NCBI GenBank assembly: GCA_964291295.2
Contig: OZ219754.1
Coordinates: 1 to 64,000 of the forward strand
Origin: an uncultured Candidatus Binatia bacterium
Lineage (GTDB): Bacteria > Desulfobacterota > Binatia > UBA9968 > JAJDTQ01
Direction: 5' to 3'
DNA length: 64,000 nt
The notes under the pieces were generated by a model that was not told the origin of the DNA, searched no databases, and saw only the letters and a list, made by a program, of their open reading frames with translations. Positions 38,647 through 48,771 of this stretch are shown piece by piece (position 1 is the first letter of the stretch; every line of letters begins with the position of its first letter). The translations under genes and the position numbers were made by a program.

Positions 38647-39255
38647 ATGATCGTGACACTTCGAACGGAACGTCTTGGGACTATCGAGCAGGTCGCGGCC
38701 TTCGTCGAGGCGAGCGAGCCTGTAGACTTTCACCCGACCGAGCGAGCGACACCTGCGAGTTCGTGAAGCGGACCCTGGTGCGGCTCGGCTACAGTGGGAT
38801 GGACAAGCCGTACAAGGCGCGGGTGAAGCGCTTTCTGGAGAAGACCACCGGCTACTCTCGCGCGCACGGCTGATTCGCCCGTACCGCAAGACCGGTCGGG
38901 TCGTGGACCGACGCCAGGGCAACGGCCCTTCGCCCGGGTCTGATCGCCGGCAGACATTCGGCTACTGGCGCGGGTGGACGAGGACCTGGGCCAGATCTCG
39001 GGCTTGGTCACGCGGGTGGTGCTGCAGCGCGATTTCCACCTCTTCGGGGACATACGCTTCGAGCGGCTGGCGGGGATATCGGCGAGCCACCTCTACGTGG
39101 CTCCCCGCATCCAACGGAGACAGCGCACGGTCGTCGTCGGCACCCGTGCCGGGGCCGTGGGCGAACGACACGCCCCGCACGGCCCGCCTTCCTGCGCGTG
39201 AACACCGTCCACCAAGGCGACCGCGGCGGTGCCAAGGGCGTCTACCGGATCAAGA
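38647..39255 (+). pseudogene. Degraded integrase-core (rve/DDE) transposase
   Basis: Frameshifted fragments MIVTLRTERL..IEQVAAFVEASEPVDF, FLEKTTGYSRA, VDEDLGQISG, FGDIRFERLAGISASHLY, GER..P, FLRVNTVHQGD..G.KGVY.I. Confidence 0.7.
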
Positions 39256-40023
39256 TGGAATACGGCTGGCGGAGGCCAGGCCAGCGGCGGACCGCGTCGG
39301 GCCGGCAGGACGTCCGGAACAATCAACCGCGCTGGCGGCGGTCGGCGAAGATACCGAGGCTGCGCCAGCTCCAGATATGCACCCCGCAATGCCGCAGTTT
39401 GACCCCCGTCGCGATGATGATATCGTCGCGGGCCGGGTGCATCTCCTCAGCGCCTTCGCGGTGACGATCGTGCCCGGCCCTTGCGTGCCGTGCCGCCAGA
39501 CTGGACGGGAACGATCTCGCCGTTCGCGAGCGAGCGGAACCGCTCCACGACATAACGGTCGTCGTCGAGACCGCCTCCGACGAAATGGATGAGATAGGTG
39601 CGCGCGTCGCCGCGCGGTGCGATTGCTGCCTGCATCGTGCCGTGCTCCTTCGACAGGTGAATGGGAACAGCGGCAGCGCCCCCCTCCGTCCGGAGCGCCG
39701 AACGCCGCCCTGCTCACGGCCAGACCTCTCCTCCTGCCGGTGGGAGGCGCGTGGATGGAGGCAACGGCGGGACTGCCATGCAGCGGACAGGATCGCGGCG
39801 CGAGTTGAAAAGCCACACCGGGCATCATAAAAGGAGGAATGAAGGCGGATGTACGCGAGGCTCCACACCCGTCATGGTCATGACCGTCATTTGCCTGTCC
39901 TCCTCAAGATGGTTCTGCGAAGTCTTTTGTGAGGAGAGACCCGCCGCCGGTTTATGCTTGACGTAATGCGGATGTCGCTGCCTGGACGCGCGCCGTGCGG
40001 CCGCAGCGGGAACGTGAATTGTC

Positions 40024-40305
40024 GTGATCGTCGGCTTCGCTGACAGGAAAACCGAGGCGTTTTACGAGGGCCGCCGGGTAGCGGCCTTCTCCAGCTTTGC
40101 CCGCACCCCTTCGCACAAGCTCGACCAGCTCGATGCCGCCATCGTGCTGGGCGACTTGGCGCGGCCCGGCAATCGACTGAAGGCGCTCAAAGGTCGGCGC
40201 AGGGGACAATGGAGCATTCGCATCAACGACCAGTGGCGGATCTGCTTCAAATGGCCCGAGGGCAGTTCCGGGCCGACCGAAGTTGAAATCGTCGACTACC
40301 ATTGA
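40024..40305 (+). CDS. higB: HigB toxin (RelE/ParE superfamily)
   Basis: MI..FAD..TE.F..G, KL.QLDAA..L.DL..PGNRL.AL.G.R.GQWSIRINDQWRICF.W...VEIVDYH. Confidence 0.92.
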   Translation: MIVGFADRKTEAFYEGRRVAAFSSFARTPSHKLDQLDAAIVLGDLARPGNRLKALKGRRRGQWSIRINDQWRICFKWPEGSSGPTEVEIVDYH

Positions 40306-40321
40306 AAGGAGGAAACAGGAC

Positions 40322-40633
40322 ATGCGTGAACCCATCCATCCCGGCGAAACGCTGCGTGAGGACCTCGCGGCGCTCGGCATGAGCGCGGCGGAGTTGGCGC
40401 GACGCATCGAAGTGCCGGTAAATCGCATCACCGAGATTCTTAACGGCCGGCGGTCGGTCACGGGCGATACCGCCCTGCGCTTGGGGCGCTTTTTCGGCAC
40501 CTCGGGCGAGTTCTGGCTCAATCTCCAGAAGCTCTACGAGCTGCGGAGTGCGGAACAGAAGAACGGGGCGAAGATCGCCCGGCTGAAGCCGCTGGGACCG
40601 GAATCGGATATCCAGCCGCATGCGCTCACTTGA
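40322..40633 (+). CDS. higA: HigA antitoxin (HTH)
   Basis: PIHPGE.L.E, LAR.I.VP.NRIT.I.NG.R.VT.DTALRL.RFFGTS.EFWLNLQ..YEL; AGGAGG RBS. Confidence 0.93.
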   Translation: MREPIHPGETLREDLAALGMSAAELARRIEVPVNRITEILNGRRSVTGDTALRLGRFFGTSGEFWLNLQKLYELRSAEQKNGAKIARLKPLGPESDIQPHALT

Positions 40634-40689
40634 ACCGCCGCCCCCCACCGCCGCGGTCGAGGAGTCGTGATGCATCAGGACCCCGGGCC

Positions 40690-43600
40690 ATGACGGAAGA
40701 TCAGATGAACCTCGACCTTGCGGGACGGCCGAGTGCGCGCATCATCCTCGACCGCATTCGCGAGGAGAGCCGCGACGAGTCGGAGAAGGGCCGCTGGTTC
40801 GAACAGTTGTTCATGCGGATCGCGCGTCAGGAGCCGGAGTTCGAGATCGACGGAATCTCGCGCTGGGCGGAATGGCCCGAGCGCGAGGCGTTGACCAAGC
40901 TCGACGGGCGCGACATCGGGATCGATCTCGTGGCGCGGCGCACAACGGGCGAGTGGGTCGCCATCCAGTGCAAGTGCTACGACGACCGCCATGTGCTCGG
41001 CAAAGGCGAAATCGACAAGTTTCTCGGCGGCTCGCAACAGCCGATTTTTCGTCTGCGGTGGGTGGTGGCGACCTGCAGATGGGGCCGAAACGCGGAGCGC
41101 GCCATCCAGAACGCCCATCCCGAAGTCAGACAGATCGACTTCAGGCAGCACCTTGACGTTCTGGTCGAAGAGCAGGATACCGGGCGTCCGGTACAGGAGC
41201 CGTGGCCGCTTCAAGCCGAAGCGATGGAGGACGCGGTCAGCGGGCTTGCCAACCACGACCGGGGCCGCCTCATCATGGCCTGCGGCACGGGCAAGACCTT
41301 CACTTCCCTTCGCATCGCCGAGCAGATTGTCGAGGACGGGCAGCGCATCCTGTTCGCCGCCCCGACCATCGCGCTGGTCTCGCAGGCGCGGCGGGAGTGG
41401 CTCCGCCAGACCACGCGCAAGCTTGCATGCATCGTCGTGTGTTCCGATCCGACGGCCGGTGGACGCAACGAGAACGAGGATATCCGGGTCTCCGAACTCG
41501 AATGCCCGGTAACGACGGACCCCGGCGAGATCGCGCGGGCGCTTGCCGGCAACGGCGCGACCCGTGTTGTTTTCTGCACCTACCATTCCCTGGGGCGGGT
41601 GAGCGAAGCTCAGGCACTGCATGGCGCACCGGCCTTCGATCTGGCCATTGCCGACGAGGCGCACCGCACCACCGGAGTGATTTTCGACGGACGCGGGGCC
41701 GGCGATGGCCGCAAGGTGGATTTCCAGGAGTTCCACGACGACGCGCGGTTGCAATCCCGCAAGCGCCTCTACATGACAGCCACCCCGCGGCTCTACACCG
41801 AACGCTCCAAAGGCAAGCTCGCCAAACAGGGAATTGACGTTGTCGACATGGGCGACTACGCGGTCTACGGGCCGGAACTTCATCGGCTTCCGTTCGCCAA
41901 GGCCGTGGAACACAAAATGCTGTCCGACTATCGGGTGATTGTCCTCGGTGTCAGCGCAGGAAGCGTCACGCAGGGGCTGCGGCGGCGTCTCGAAGGGATC
42001 GACCCGCCGGCGCAGAGCAAGCAGGTTCCGACCACCAACGACATGACGCGCGTACTCGGCATGTCGCTCGCCGTGAACGGCGTCACCGAAGGCAAGGCGC
42101 TGGAACAGCCGGGCAAACTCCCGCGCACCATGGCGTTTGCCAACAGCATCGCTCGTTCGAAGTGGTACACCGAAGCGCTCATGGAGAGCGAGGTTCTGCG
42201 GGCAACCACCCGGCGCATGCGGGATGGCCGGGCGATGAAGGTCGTTGCCCGGCACCTTGATGCGTCGGCCAGCGCGCTCCGGCGCAACCAGGAACTGCGG
42301 GAGCTGGCCCATGCCGGCACAGACGGGGAATGTCGGGTGGTGTGCAACGTCAAGCTCTTCACCGAGGGTGTGGACGTGCCATCTCTCGACGCCGTTGCCT
42401 TCCTGGACCCCCGGGACAGCCAGGTCGATGTCGTGCAGGCTGTCGGGCGGGTGATGCGAAGGGCAGAGGGCAAGCGCTTCGGCTACATCATCATTCCAGT
42501 CGTCATTGAACCAGGCCGGGATGTCGCGGCCGCGCTTGAGCGGGGTACGGAGGGCTACAGGACGGTAGGACGGGTGCTGCGGGCGCTCCAGGCCCATGAC
42601 GGACGCCTTGCGGAATCGCCCGCCAACTTCATCAAGGTCTACGAACAGTCCGGATCAAGAGTGCCGGGAGATCCCACCAGTGGCATGGTCAGCGAGGGCG
42701 AGTACAACCAGCGCGAACTGGATCTCAAGGAGGCCGAGCAGGGAATATACGCACATGTCGCCGCGGCGTCGGGGCTCGGCAAACCCGGACAGCTCGTCGC
42801 CGACGAGATCGCCGATGCAGTCCGGCGCGCCAGCGCCGTGCTCCAGGAAGAAGCGATGGAAGGACCACTCGCGGACGCGCTTGAGCTCATGCCGGAAGAC
42901 AAAGGGGGTGCGAAGGGGGTCTGCACCATCGCCGCGCTCATGCTTTGCAACGCCTGCCTGCTGCAACGCCGCCTGCGTGACGAACCGGAGATGAGTACCA
43001 TCGAGCGGCTCGACAAGGTGGCGGGAGCACAGCACCCGAGAAAGTTTCTTGAAGACGCATGGGAGGCGATCCTTGAAAAGGACTATGTGCCGGTATTTCG
43101 ACCCGCGCTTGCGGTGCTCGGAGCCTTGCGCGACGGCAAGGCGATTGATGATGCCATCCGCATGGTCGCCGAGTGCGCCAACCGTGTCGCCGATTCCCTG
43201 AGCGATCTCGGCTACGACCACGCGGGGCCGCTCTACCACCGCATCCTTGGATCGGCGAAGAGTGACGGGGCGTTCTATACCAACAACCTGTCGGCGCTCA
43301 TGCTGGCAAGGCTGGCGTTCACGCGGGATTTCGTCGACTGGTCCGACCCGGAGGCGGTTGCGAAACTCCGGATCATTGATCCCGCGTGCGGGACCGGAAC
43401 GCTGCTCATGGCCACGCTCCGGACCATCAAGGCCCGTGTGGCTGAAATTGGGGGGGGGGGGGGGGGGGGCAGTGCAGGAAACTCCCTGCACAGGCGCCTC
43501 GTGGAGGATGTTCTCTGCGGCCTCGACATCAATCAACACGGCGTTCAACTTGCCGCGTGCAACATGACCCTCGGCGCCCCGACCGTAGACTACGCGCGCA

Positions 43601-45108
43601 TGAACTTGGCCACCATGCCTCATGGTCCCCGGGCGGGCGGGCGGCCGAAGGCGGGATCGCTGGAGATACTGACGGCGGCGGCGGACACCCGGGCAAATCT
43701 GCGATTCATGATCGCCCCGCGCCGCTCGCTTGGAGTCCTGGACACCACTCAAGTCAACGAAAGCAAAGAGATTCGGTTCCCGCTGCGTGACCTTGACGCC
43801 GTGATCATGAACGCACCGTTCACCGCGAACGATAACCGTAGCAGGAAATACGGTGACGAGGGTCGCAAGGCCATGCAGCGTCATGAGCTCGGCATACAGA
43901 AGAGTCTTGCGGATAGAGGAGACCCGATGGCGGGTGCCGCCGTCACGGCGAACAGCATCAGGACATTCTTCACTCCCCTTGCGGACATGCTCATCCGCAA
44001 AGCTTCTGGCCTGCTCGCCATGGTTATTCCCACCACAGCTTGCATTGGCCCGAGCGGGACGGAGGAACGCCGCTTTCTTGCCGAGCGCTTCCACATTGAA
44101 ACCGTCGTGACCAGCCACGATCCGCGCAGGCCCAATTTCAGCGAGAACACTGCCATTCATGAATCGCTGCTGATATGCAGTCGTCGGACCGGAGACGGCG
44201 TCCGCAAGGACCGTTCCACACGCTTCGTTGCCTTGCGCACGATGCCCAAAACGCCTGTGGAAGCGATTGAAGCCGCAGAAGGCATCAAGACGGGTGCTGC
44301 AGGCAAATGGTTCACCGTTTACGAACAGCCGGAGAAACTGATCCGGGCGGGAGACTGGCGACCGTGCCAATTTCTTGATCCGGAGCTTGTCGACGCCGCA
44401 ATGCGTCTCGAAAAAGAAAAAGGGCTCGTGCCCTTGGAGAGCCGATATCGGCTCGGTCCGGCCGGGCAGCGTATTCGAGATGCCTTTCGTCCGGTCGATG
44501 GGGATGGCGACAGCTACCGAGTGTTCTGGGGGCGATCCCAGGATCTGCGGACCACGATGCAGGCTGTTCCGGAGCAGACCGTGGTGGACAAGAAGCCGGC
44601 GCTCGCCGCGCGGTATCGGCAACAGGCGGGGCGCGTCCTTGTAGCAGCGAAGTTCAACACGAATTCTGGCCGGCTCCTCGCCATCTTCAGCGACAGTCAC
44701 GCGCTGGGCTCGATGTGGGTTCCGATTCAGACCACGAACACGGAAGAAGCGAAAGCGTTGTGCGCATGGCTCAACAGCACCCTCGGTGCACTCGGATTCC
44801 TGATGAGGCGAGGTGCGACATTGATGAACCCGTCGTTTTCGCAGGCCGAGCTTGCCACGCTCCGCGTTCCGGACTTCAGGACGGTAAATGCCGGCATGCT
44901 GGCCGCAGCGTTCGAGCAAACCAAAGGCATGCCGGTCGAACCCTGGAAGAAGGCGGCTGACGACGACATGCGTGACTGCCTTGACCGGGCCGCAGCCGCC
45001 ACGACGGGGATCAGTTTGGCATCAATTCGCGACTCAAGGGCGCGGATCAGCCGCGAACCGACCATCGCCAATGAACACGCCGCTGCGGAAAGCGAGAACG
45101 AATGGTGA
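40690..45108 (+). CDS. Type ISP-like single-polypeptide restriction-modification enzyme (Mrr-like nuclease + SF2 helicase + N6-adenine methyltransferase + TRD)
   Basis: DIGIDLVA...AIQCKCY; MACGTGKT, DEAHRT, MTATPR, EGVDVPSLD, QAVGRVMR; GAFYT, DPACGTGT, VIMNAPF. Confidence 0.85.
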   Translation: MTEDQMNLDLAGRPSARIILDRIREESRDESEKGRWFEQLFMRIARQEPEFEIDGISRWAEWPEREALTKLDGRDIGIDLVARRTTGEWVAIQCKCYDDRHVLGKGEIDKFLGGSQQPIFRLRWVVATCRWGRNAERAIQNAHPEVRQIDFRQHLDVLVEEQDTGRPVQEPWPLQAEAMEDAVSGLANHDRGRLIMACGTGKTFTSLRIAEQIVEDGQRILFAAPTIALVSQARREWLRQTTRKLACIVVCSDPTAGGRNENEDIRVSELECPVTTDPGEIARALAGNGATRVVFCTYHSLGRVSEAQALHGAPAFDLAIADEAHRTTGVIFDGRGAGDGRKVDFQEFHDDARLQSRKRLYMTATPRLYTERSKGKLAKQGIDVVDMGDYAVYGPELHRLPFAKAVEHKMLSDYRVIVLGVSAGSVTQGLRRRLEGIDPPAQSKQVPTTNDMTRVLGMSLAVNGVTEGKALEQPGKLPRTMAFANSIARSKWYTEALMESEVLRATTRRMRDGRAMKVVARHLDASASALRRNQELRELAHAGTDGECRVVCNVKLFTEGVDVPSLDAVAFLDPRDSQVDVVQAVGRVMRRAEGKRFGYIIIPVVIEPGRDVAAALERGTEGYRTVGRVLRALQAHDGRLAESPANFIKVYEQSGSRVPGDPTSGMVSEGEYNQRELDLKEAEQGIYAHVAAASGLGKPGQLVADEIADAVRRASAVLQEEAMEGPLADALELMPEDKGGAKGVCTIAALMLCNACLLQRRLRDEPEMSTIERLDKVAGAQHPRKFLEDAWEAILEKDYVPVFRPALAVLGALRDGKAIDDAIRMVAECANRVADSLSDLGYDHAGPLYHRILGSAKSDGAFYTNNLSALMLARLAFTRDFVDWSDPEAVAKLRIIDPACGTGTLLMATLRTIKARVAEIGGGGGGGSAGNSLHRRLVEDVLCGLDINQHGVQLAACNMTLGAPTVDYARMNLATMPHGPRAGGRPKAGSLEILTAAADTRANLRFMIAPRRSLGVLDTTQVNESKEIRFPLRDLDAVIMNAPFTANDNRSRKYGDEGRKAMQRHELGIQKSLADRGDPMAGAAVTANSIRTFFTPLADMLIRKASGLLAMVIPTTACIGPSGTEERRFLAERFHIETVVTSHDPRRPNFSENTAIHESLLICSRRTGDGVRKDRSTRFVALRTMPKTPVEAIEAAEGIKTGAAGKWFTVYEQPEKLIRAGDWRPCQFLDPELVDAAMRLEKEKGLVPLESRYRLGPAGQRIRDAFRPVDGDGDSYRVFWGRSQDLRTTMQAVPEQTVVDKKPALAARYRQQAGRVLVAAKFNTNSGRLLAIFSDSHALGSMWVPIQTTNTEEAKALCAWLNSTLGALGFLMRRGATLMNPSFSQAELATLRVPDFRTVNAGMLAAAFEQTKGMPVEPWKKAADDDMRDCLDRAAAATTGISLASIRDSRARISREPTIANEHAAAESENEW
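43450..43469 (+). repeat. G20 homopolymer inside the methyltransferase domain, in frame (Gly7)
   Basis: att GGG GGG GGG GGG GGG GGG GGc agt. Confidence 0.9.
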
Positions 45109-45316
45109 CTTGCGGCAGCCACGAACGTCACCTTGCCTGGCCTCATCCAAGGGCAGGAAGCGGTTTGGACCAGCCAGCGAATTCTGTCGCTGTTCGGGAG
45201 CGTCACGCTGCACTTTGACCTGACGGCCGGGGCGGTCATGGGCAGGCGCCGCTGACGCAGCCGCCGCCTCCGCGTTCCTCTCCCACCTCTCCCGAGGTCG
45301 TTCGCGCCCCTCGCCA

Positions 45317-45739
45317 TCAATCGTCGAAGCCCGACTTGCCGGTCATCCGGAGGCCCGCCTGGCGCAGCCGGCGGAACCACGGGTAGAAGAAACGCGCTCG
45401 TCCGGGGCTTGCGCCCAGCCATCTCGTCAATCTGTTGAACCAGCCGGATTCGGCGGCGAGGGAACCGAGCACGGTCATGGCCTCGGCTCCCTGGTAACGC
45501 CGCCCTTCCAGCACCAGGATCATGCCGTCCTCGAGGTTGCATCCGCCGCGCCGAAGCGCCTCCACGAGTTCGGGGGCCTGCCTGCCGTCGACGAGTTGAA
45601 GGCGCTCCCCGGACGGGGTTCTGAACCGGCACTTCCGCACATACGTCCGGCAGTAGACGCATTCGCCGTCATAGAGCAGGAAGTGGTCGTGAGGAGAGTC
45701 CGCGGCGGCGTTGCCGCGCGCGGCTTCTGATGAGGCCAA
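45317..45739 (-). CDS. DUF393/DCC1-like thiol-disulfide oxidoreductase
   Basis: LLYDGECVYC (DxxCxxC), LVDGR, GM.L...G..Y.GAEA, FYP. Confidence 0.8.
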   Translation of the reverse strand: MASSEAARGNAAADSPHDHFLLYDGECVYCRTYVRKCRFRTPSGERLQLVDGRQAPELVEALRRGGCNLEDGMILVLEGRRYQGAEAMTVLGSLAAESGWFNRLTRWLGASPGRARFFYPWFRRLRQAGLRMTGKSGFDD

Positions 45740-45817
45740 CTGCGCTCCTTCTCCAGGCCTGTCAGGAGTTGCGTCCGGCTCGCCTGCCGGTGCTCCCCGC
45801 CGCGGGAAGCAGGACGC

Positions 45818-47104
45818 TCAAGGTCGAGGGCTCGCTTGGCGGCCGTGAGAGGAGGAGCCGGAGTCAGACCTCTCCCCTTTGTGGAACACGACCTTGAGAT
45901 GGTCTTCTGTCGCGTCGAATTCGGGTTCCGTTCCATTGTGCTCCCGCAGGAGAGGAATCATCTTGTGACGCACTCCCATCCCGCGCGCGTCCACGTACCC
46001 GTAGTCGCGAAGCACGTCCACGATCAACGGGTTGCGTGCCGATCTCTGGCCCGCGATCATCTTCTCGACGGTCATGGAATTCTGCAATGCGCCCGGGCTG
46101 AGGATTTCGAGCCGGTCCGCATAACGTACGACCTCGATCTCTTCGTTTCGGGTCCAGTCCCGGTGAGCCACTGCATTGACGACGGCCTCCCGAATGGCCG
46201 CAATCGGATAGAACCAACGACGTTCACGGCGCAATGACATGCCCGCTTCCATGGTTTCTTCCGACACGAATGGCCGCATCGCATTGAGGAGTCCTTCAAG
46301 AAGACCGTTTCCCGCGATTTCGGCAGCGCCCCCGGCAGGGAGATTTCTCAGAGCGACCAAAGGGCCGTCCAGGATTCGGTCATCAAGAGATCTGTAGCTC
46401 TTGTCCTCGCCCTGGAATGCCATCCACCGAATACCGCCCTGATGCAGAAGCCGCCGCGGGGAATGGCCGAAAAGCACGAGACCCGCGATGGTACATACCG
46501 GAGGTTCCCTGTCCAATTGACTCATGAAACCCAAGCCGCAAAGCCGCTCGTGCCATTCCGAATCCCTTGCCGGAATCTCCTTGTCCCCCACGATCCGGGA
46601 CAGATAGTTCTTCAACCGATCCCGACCGAGATCGTCCAGCCCGCTACCCGAGACCGGCAGCCGTTCCGCGTGCAGCATGCCGCCCAATGCGTGCAGCCGC
46701 GCCTGTTGCTCCCGTGTTGCCAGCCGGGACGTGCTCCCCAGGCGGATATAGATATCTTCCCGGCCCCGGTCACGCACCACATAGGGCTTGGCAACCCCCT
46801 GGCTCACGGTAACCACCGCTACCCGGTGCCGCTCGTCGACTTGAATCTCCTCATAGAACGGAATGATCATCGGATGGACATGACGACCGAAAACCGTGTC
46901 CATGACCCAGCGTTCCAGATCCTCACGCCGAATGCCGCCAACGGTCCCGTCATCGTCAACGCCGAGCAAAATGCGCCCGCCCTGAAAGTTCGCCAGTGCC
47001 ACCACCTCTCTGGCGAGCTGCTCCGGGCGAAGGTCATCCCGCTTGAACTCCACTCCGGAATTCTCGCCGTTCGCAATCAATTCCAAAAGTTCGGCTCTGG
47101 TCAT
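45818..47104 (-). CDS. AlbA_2 (Schlafen-like) domain plus HATPase_c_4 (RecG C-terminal-like) protein
   Basis: GENSGVEFKRD, VALAN.QGG.ILLGVDDDG, AIREAVVNAVAHRD, LEI.SPG, RNP.I..VL, G.G. Confidence 0.87.
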   Translation of the reverse strand: MTRAELLELIANGENSGVEFKRDDLRPEQLAREVVALANFQGGRILLGVDDDGTVGGIRREDLERWVMDTVFGRHVHPMIIPFYEEIQVDERHRVAVVTVSQGVAKPYVVRDRGREDIYIRLGSTSRLATREQQARLHALGGMLHAERLPVSGSGLDDLGRDRLKNYLSRIVGDKEIPARDSEWHERLCGLGFMSQLDREPPVCTIAGLVLFGHSPRRLLHQGGIRWMAFQGEDKSYRSLDDRILDGPLVALRNLPAGGAAEIAGNGLLEGLLNAMRPFVSEETMEAGMSLRRERRWFYPIAAIREAVVNAVAHRDWTRNEEIEVVRYADRLEILSPGALQNSMTVEKMIAGQRSARNPLIVDVLRDYGYVDARGMGVRHKMIPLLREHNGTEPEFDATEDHLKVVFHKGERSDSGSSSHGRQASPRP

Positions 47105-47315
47105 TCCAGTCAAACCCGTACTTGCCTTGGCGTTGCTCTCGGCGTTGGATACAGACTCGTTTGCCCCCTGCCACGCCTTCCGGTCGCAACACGCGGGATC
47201 ATGAGTTGCCACTCCACGTGTCCTGCTCCGGAAGCATCCGCCGTGGTCCGGGCACCGTGGTCCCGGACTTGCGAGGCCGCTGCGCGCGAACCTCCGGCCC
47301 GGGTCCGCTTGTCTG

Positions 47316-48764
47316 TCAAGAGACGATGCTGCCGCGCTCGATCACGAAGGTCCGATCCAGCAGGCCGGCGAGGTGAACGTCGTTGGACTCGGCCACCAGC
47401 ACCGATGCGCCTTCCTTCTTGAGGTCGTCCAGGATTTCCACCATCCGCCGGGCGAAGACCGGAGCGATACCCTCGCCGGGCTCGTCCAGCAGCAGCAGCC
47501 GGGTTCCGCACATGAGCGCACGGGCAAAGGCGACAAACTTCTGCTGACCGCCGGACAGGGTGGTGGCACCGCGCTGGCGGAACTCTTCCACCTCGGGCAT
47601 GAGGCCGTAGATCCACCGAAGACGTTCCCGGGAGTTGCCCGCGCCGGTGGCCCAGACGGGCAACAGGATGTTCTCCTCGGCAGTGAGTTCCGGCACCAGC
47701 CGGCGGTCCTCGGGCATGAAGCCGATGCCCAGGTGCGCACGGCCATGGGCCGGGACCGCGGCGAGGTCCATGCCGCCAAGCTGAATCCGGCCCCGCCCCA
47801 CCGACAGCGCCCCCATGACCGCGCGCATGAAGGTGGTCTTGCCCGCGCCGTTGCGGCCGATGAGGCCGCACATGGATCCCGACGCGACGCGGAGATGGAC
47901 GCCGCGCAGGACCGACGTGGTGCCGATGCTCACGTCGAGGTCGCTGACGGCCAGCGTGTCCTCGGCGGACGGGGGACGCCCGGATGCCGCCGCGGGCGAT
48001 GCCTTCGCGTCCGCCGTCGGCCCCTGGCCCAGTACGTACTCGCGGACGCCTTCGTCCTTCAGGGCCTGGGCGGTGGGGGCGTCGCAGATGATCTCCCCCT
48101 GATAGAAGGCGAGCACGCGGTCCACGTAGCGTTCGACAATCTCCATGTCGTGCTCGATGAACAGCACGGTGGTGCGCTCCTCCTTCAGCGCCTGCATGAG
48201 GATGTCCATGATGGCGAACTTCTCCTCCGCGCTGATACCGCTGGTGGGCTCGTCCAGCATGAGCAGCTTCGGCTTGCGCACCGCGGCCATGGCGATGTCG
48301 AGCAGCTTGCGTATGCCCTGGGGCAGCGCCGAACCCATGACGTCGCGGTATTCGGCAATCTGGTAGCGCGCCAGATGAGCCTCCACCCGGGCCGCCCGCT
48401 GCTCCTTCATGAGCGGCGTCAGCAGGCCCAATCCGTCTTCGTCGGCAACGCCGAAGGCCATCATCAGATTGTCGAAGGCGGTCTCCGAGAGAAAGACCTG
48501 GGGAACCTGGAAGGAGCGGCAAAGGCCCATGCGCGCGATGGCACGCACCGAGAGGCCGAGGATGTCGCGGCCCATGAATACGATGCTGCCGCCGCCGGGC
48601 GGGAGATGGCCGGTGACCATGTTGACGAAGGTGGTCTTGCCCGCGCCGTTGGCGCCGATGACACCCACGGTCTCCCCTTCCTCCACCACCACGTTGATGT
48701 CGCGGGCGGCCACCACCGCGCCGAAGGACTTCTCGAGATCGCGGACTTCCAGGACCGTGGCCAT
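47316..48764 (-). CDS. Branched-chain amino acid-type ABC ATPase, LivG-LivF fusion
   Basis: Two Walker A motifs (GANGAGKTT, GRNGAGKTT), two LDEP motifs, IEHDM, LSGGQQ, joined by an Ala/Pro linker. Confidence 0.88.
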   Translation of the reverse strand: MATVLEVRDLEKSFGAVVAARDINVVVEEGETVGVIGANGAGKTTFVNMVTGHLPPGGGSIVFMGRDILGLSVRAIARMGLCRSFQVPQVFLSETAFDNLMMAFGVADEDGLGLLTPLMKEQRAARVEAHLARYQIAEYRDVMGSALPQGIRKLLDIAMAAVRKPKLLMLDEPTSGISAEEKFAIMDILMQALKEERTTVLFIEHDMEIVERYVDRVLAFYQGEIICDAPTAQALKDEGVREYVLGQGPTADAKASPAAASGRPPSAEDTLAVSDLDVSIGTTSVLRGVHLRVASGSMCGLIGRNGAGKTTFMRAVMGALSVGRGRIQLGGMDLAAVPAHGRAHLGIGFMPEDRRLVPELTAEENILLPVWATGAGNSRERLRWIYGLMPEVEEFRQRGATTLSGGQQKFVAFARALMCGTRLLLLDEPGEGIAPVFARRMVEILDDLKKEGASVLVAESNDVHLAGLLDRTFVIERGSIVS

Positions 48765-48771
48765 GCCCTGC

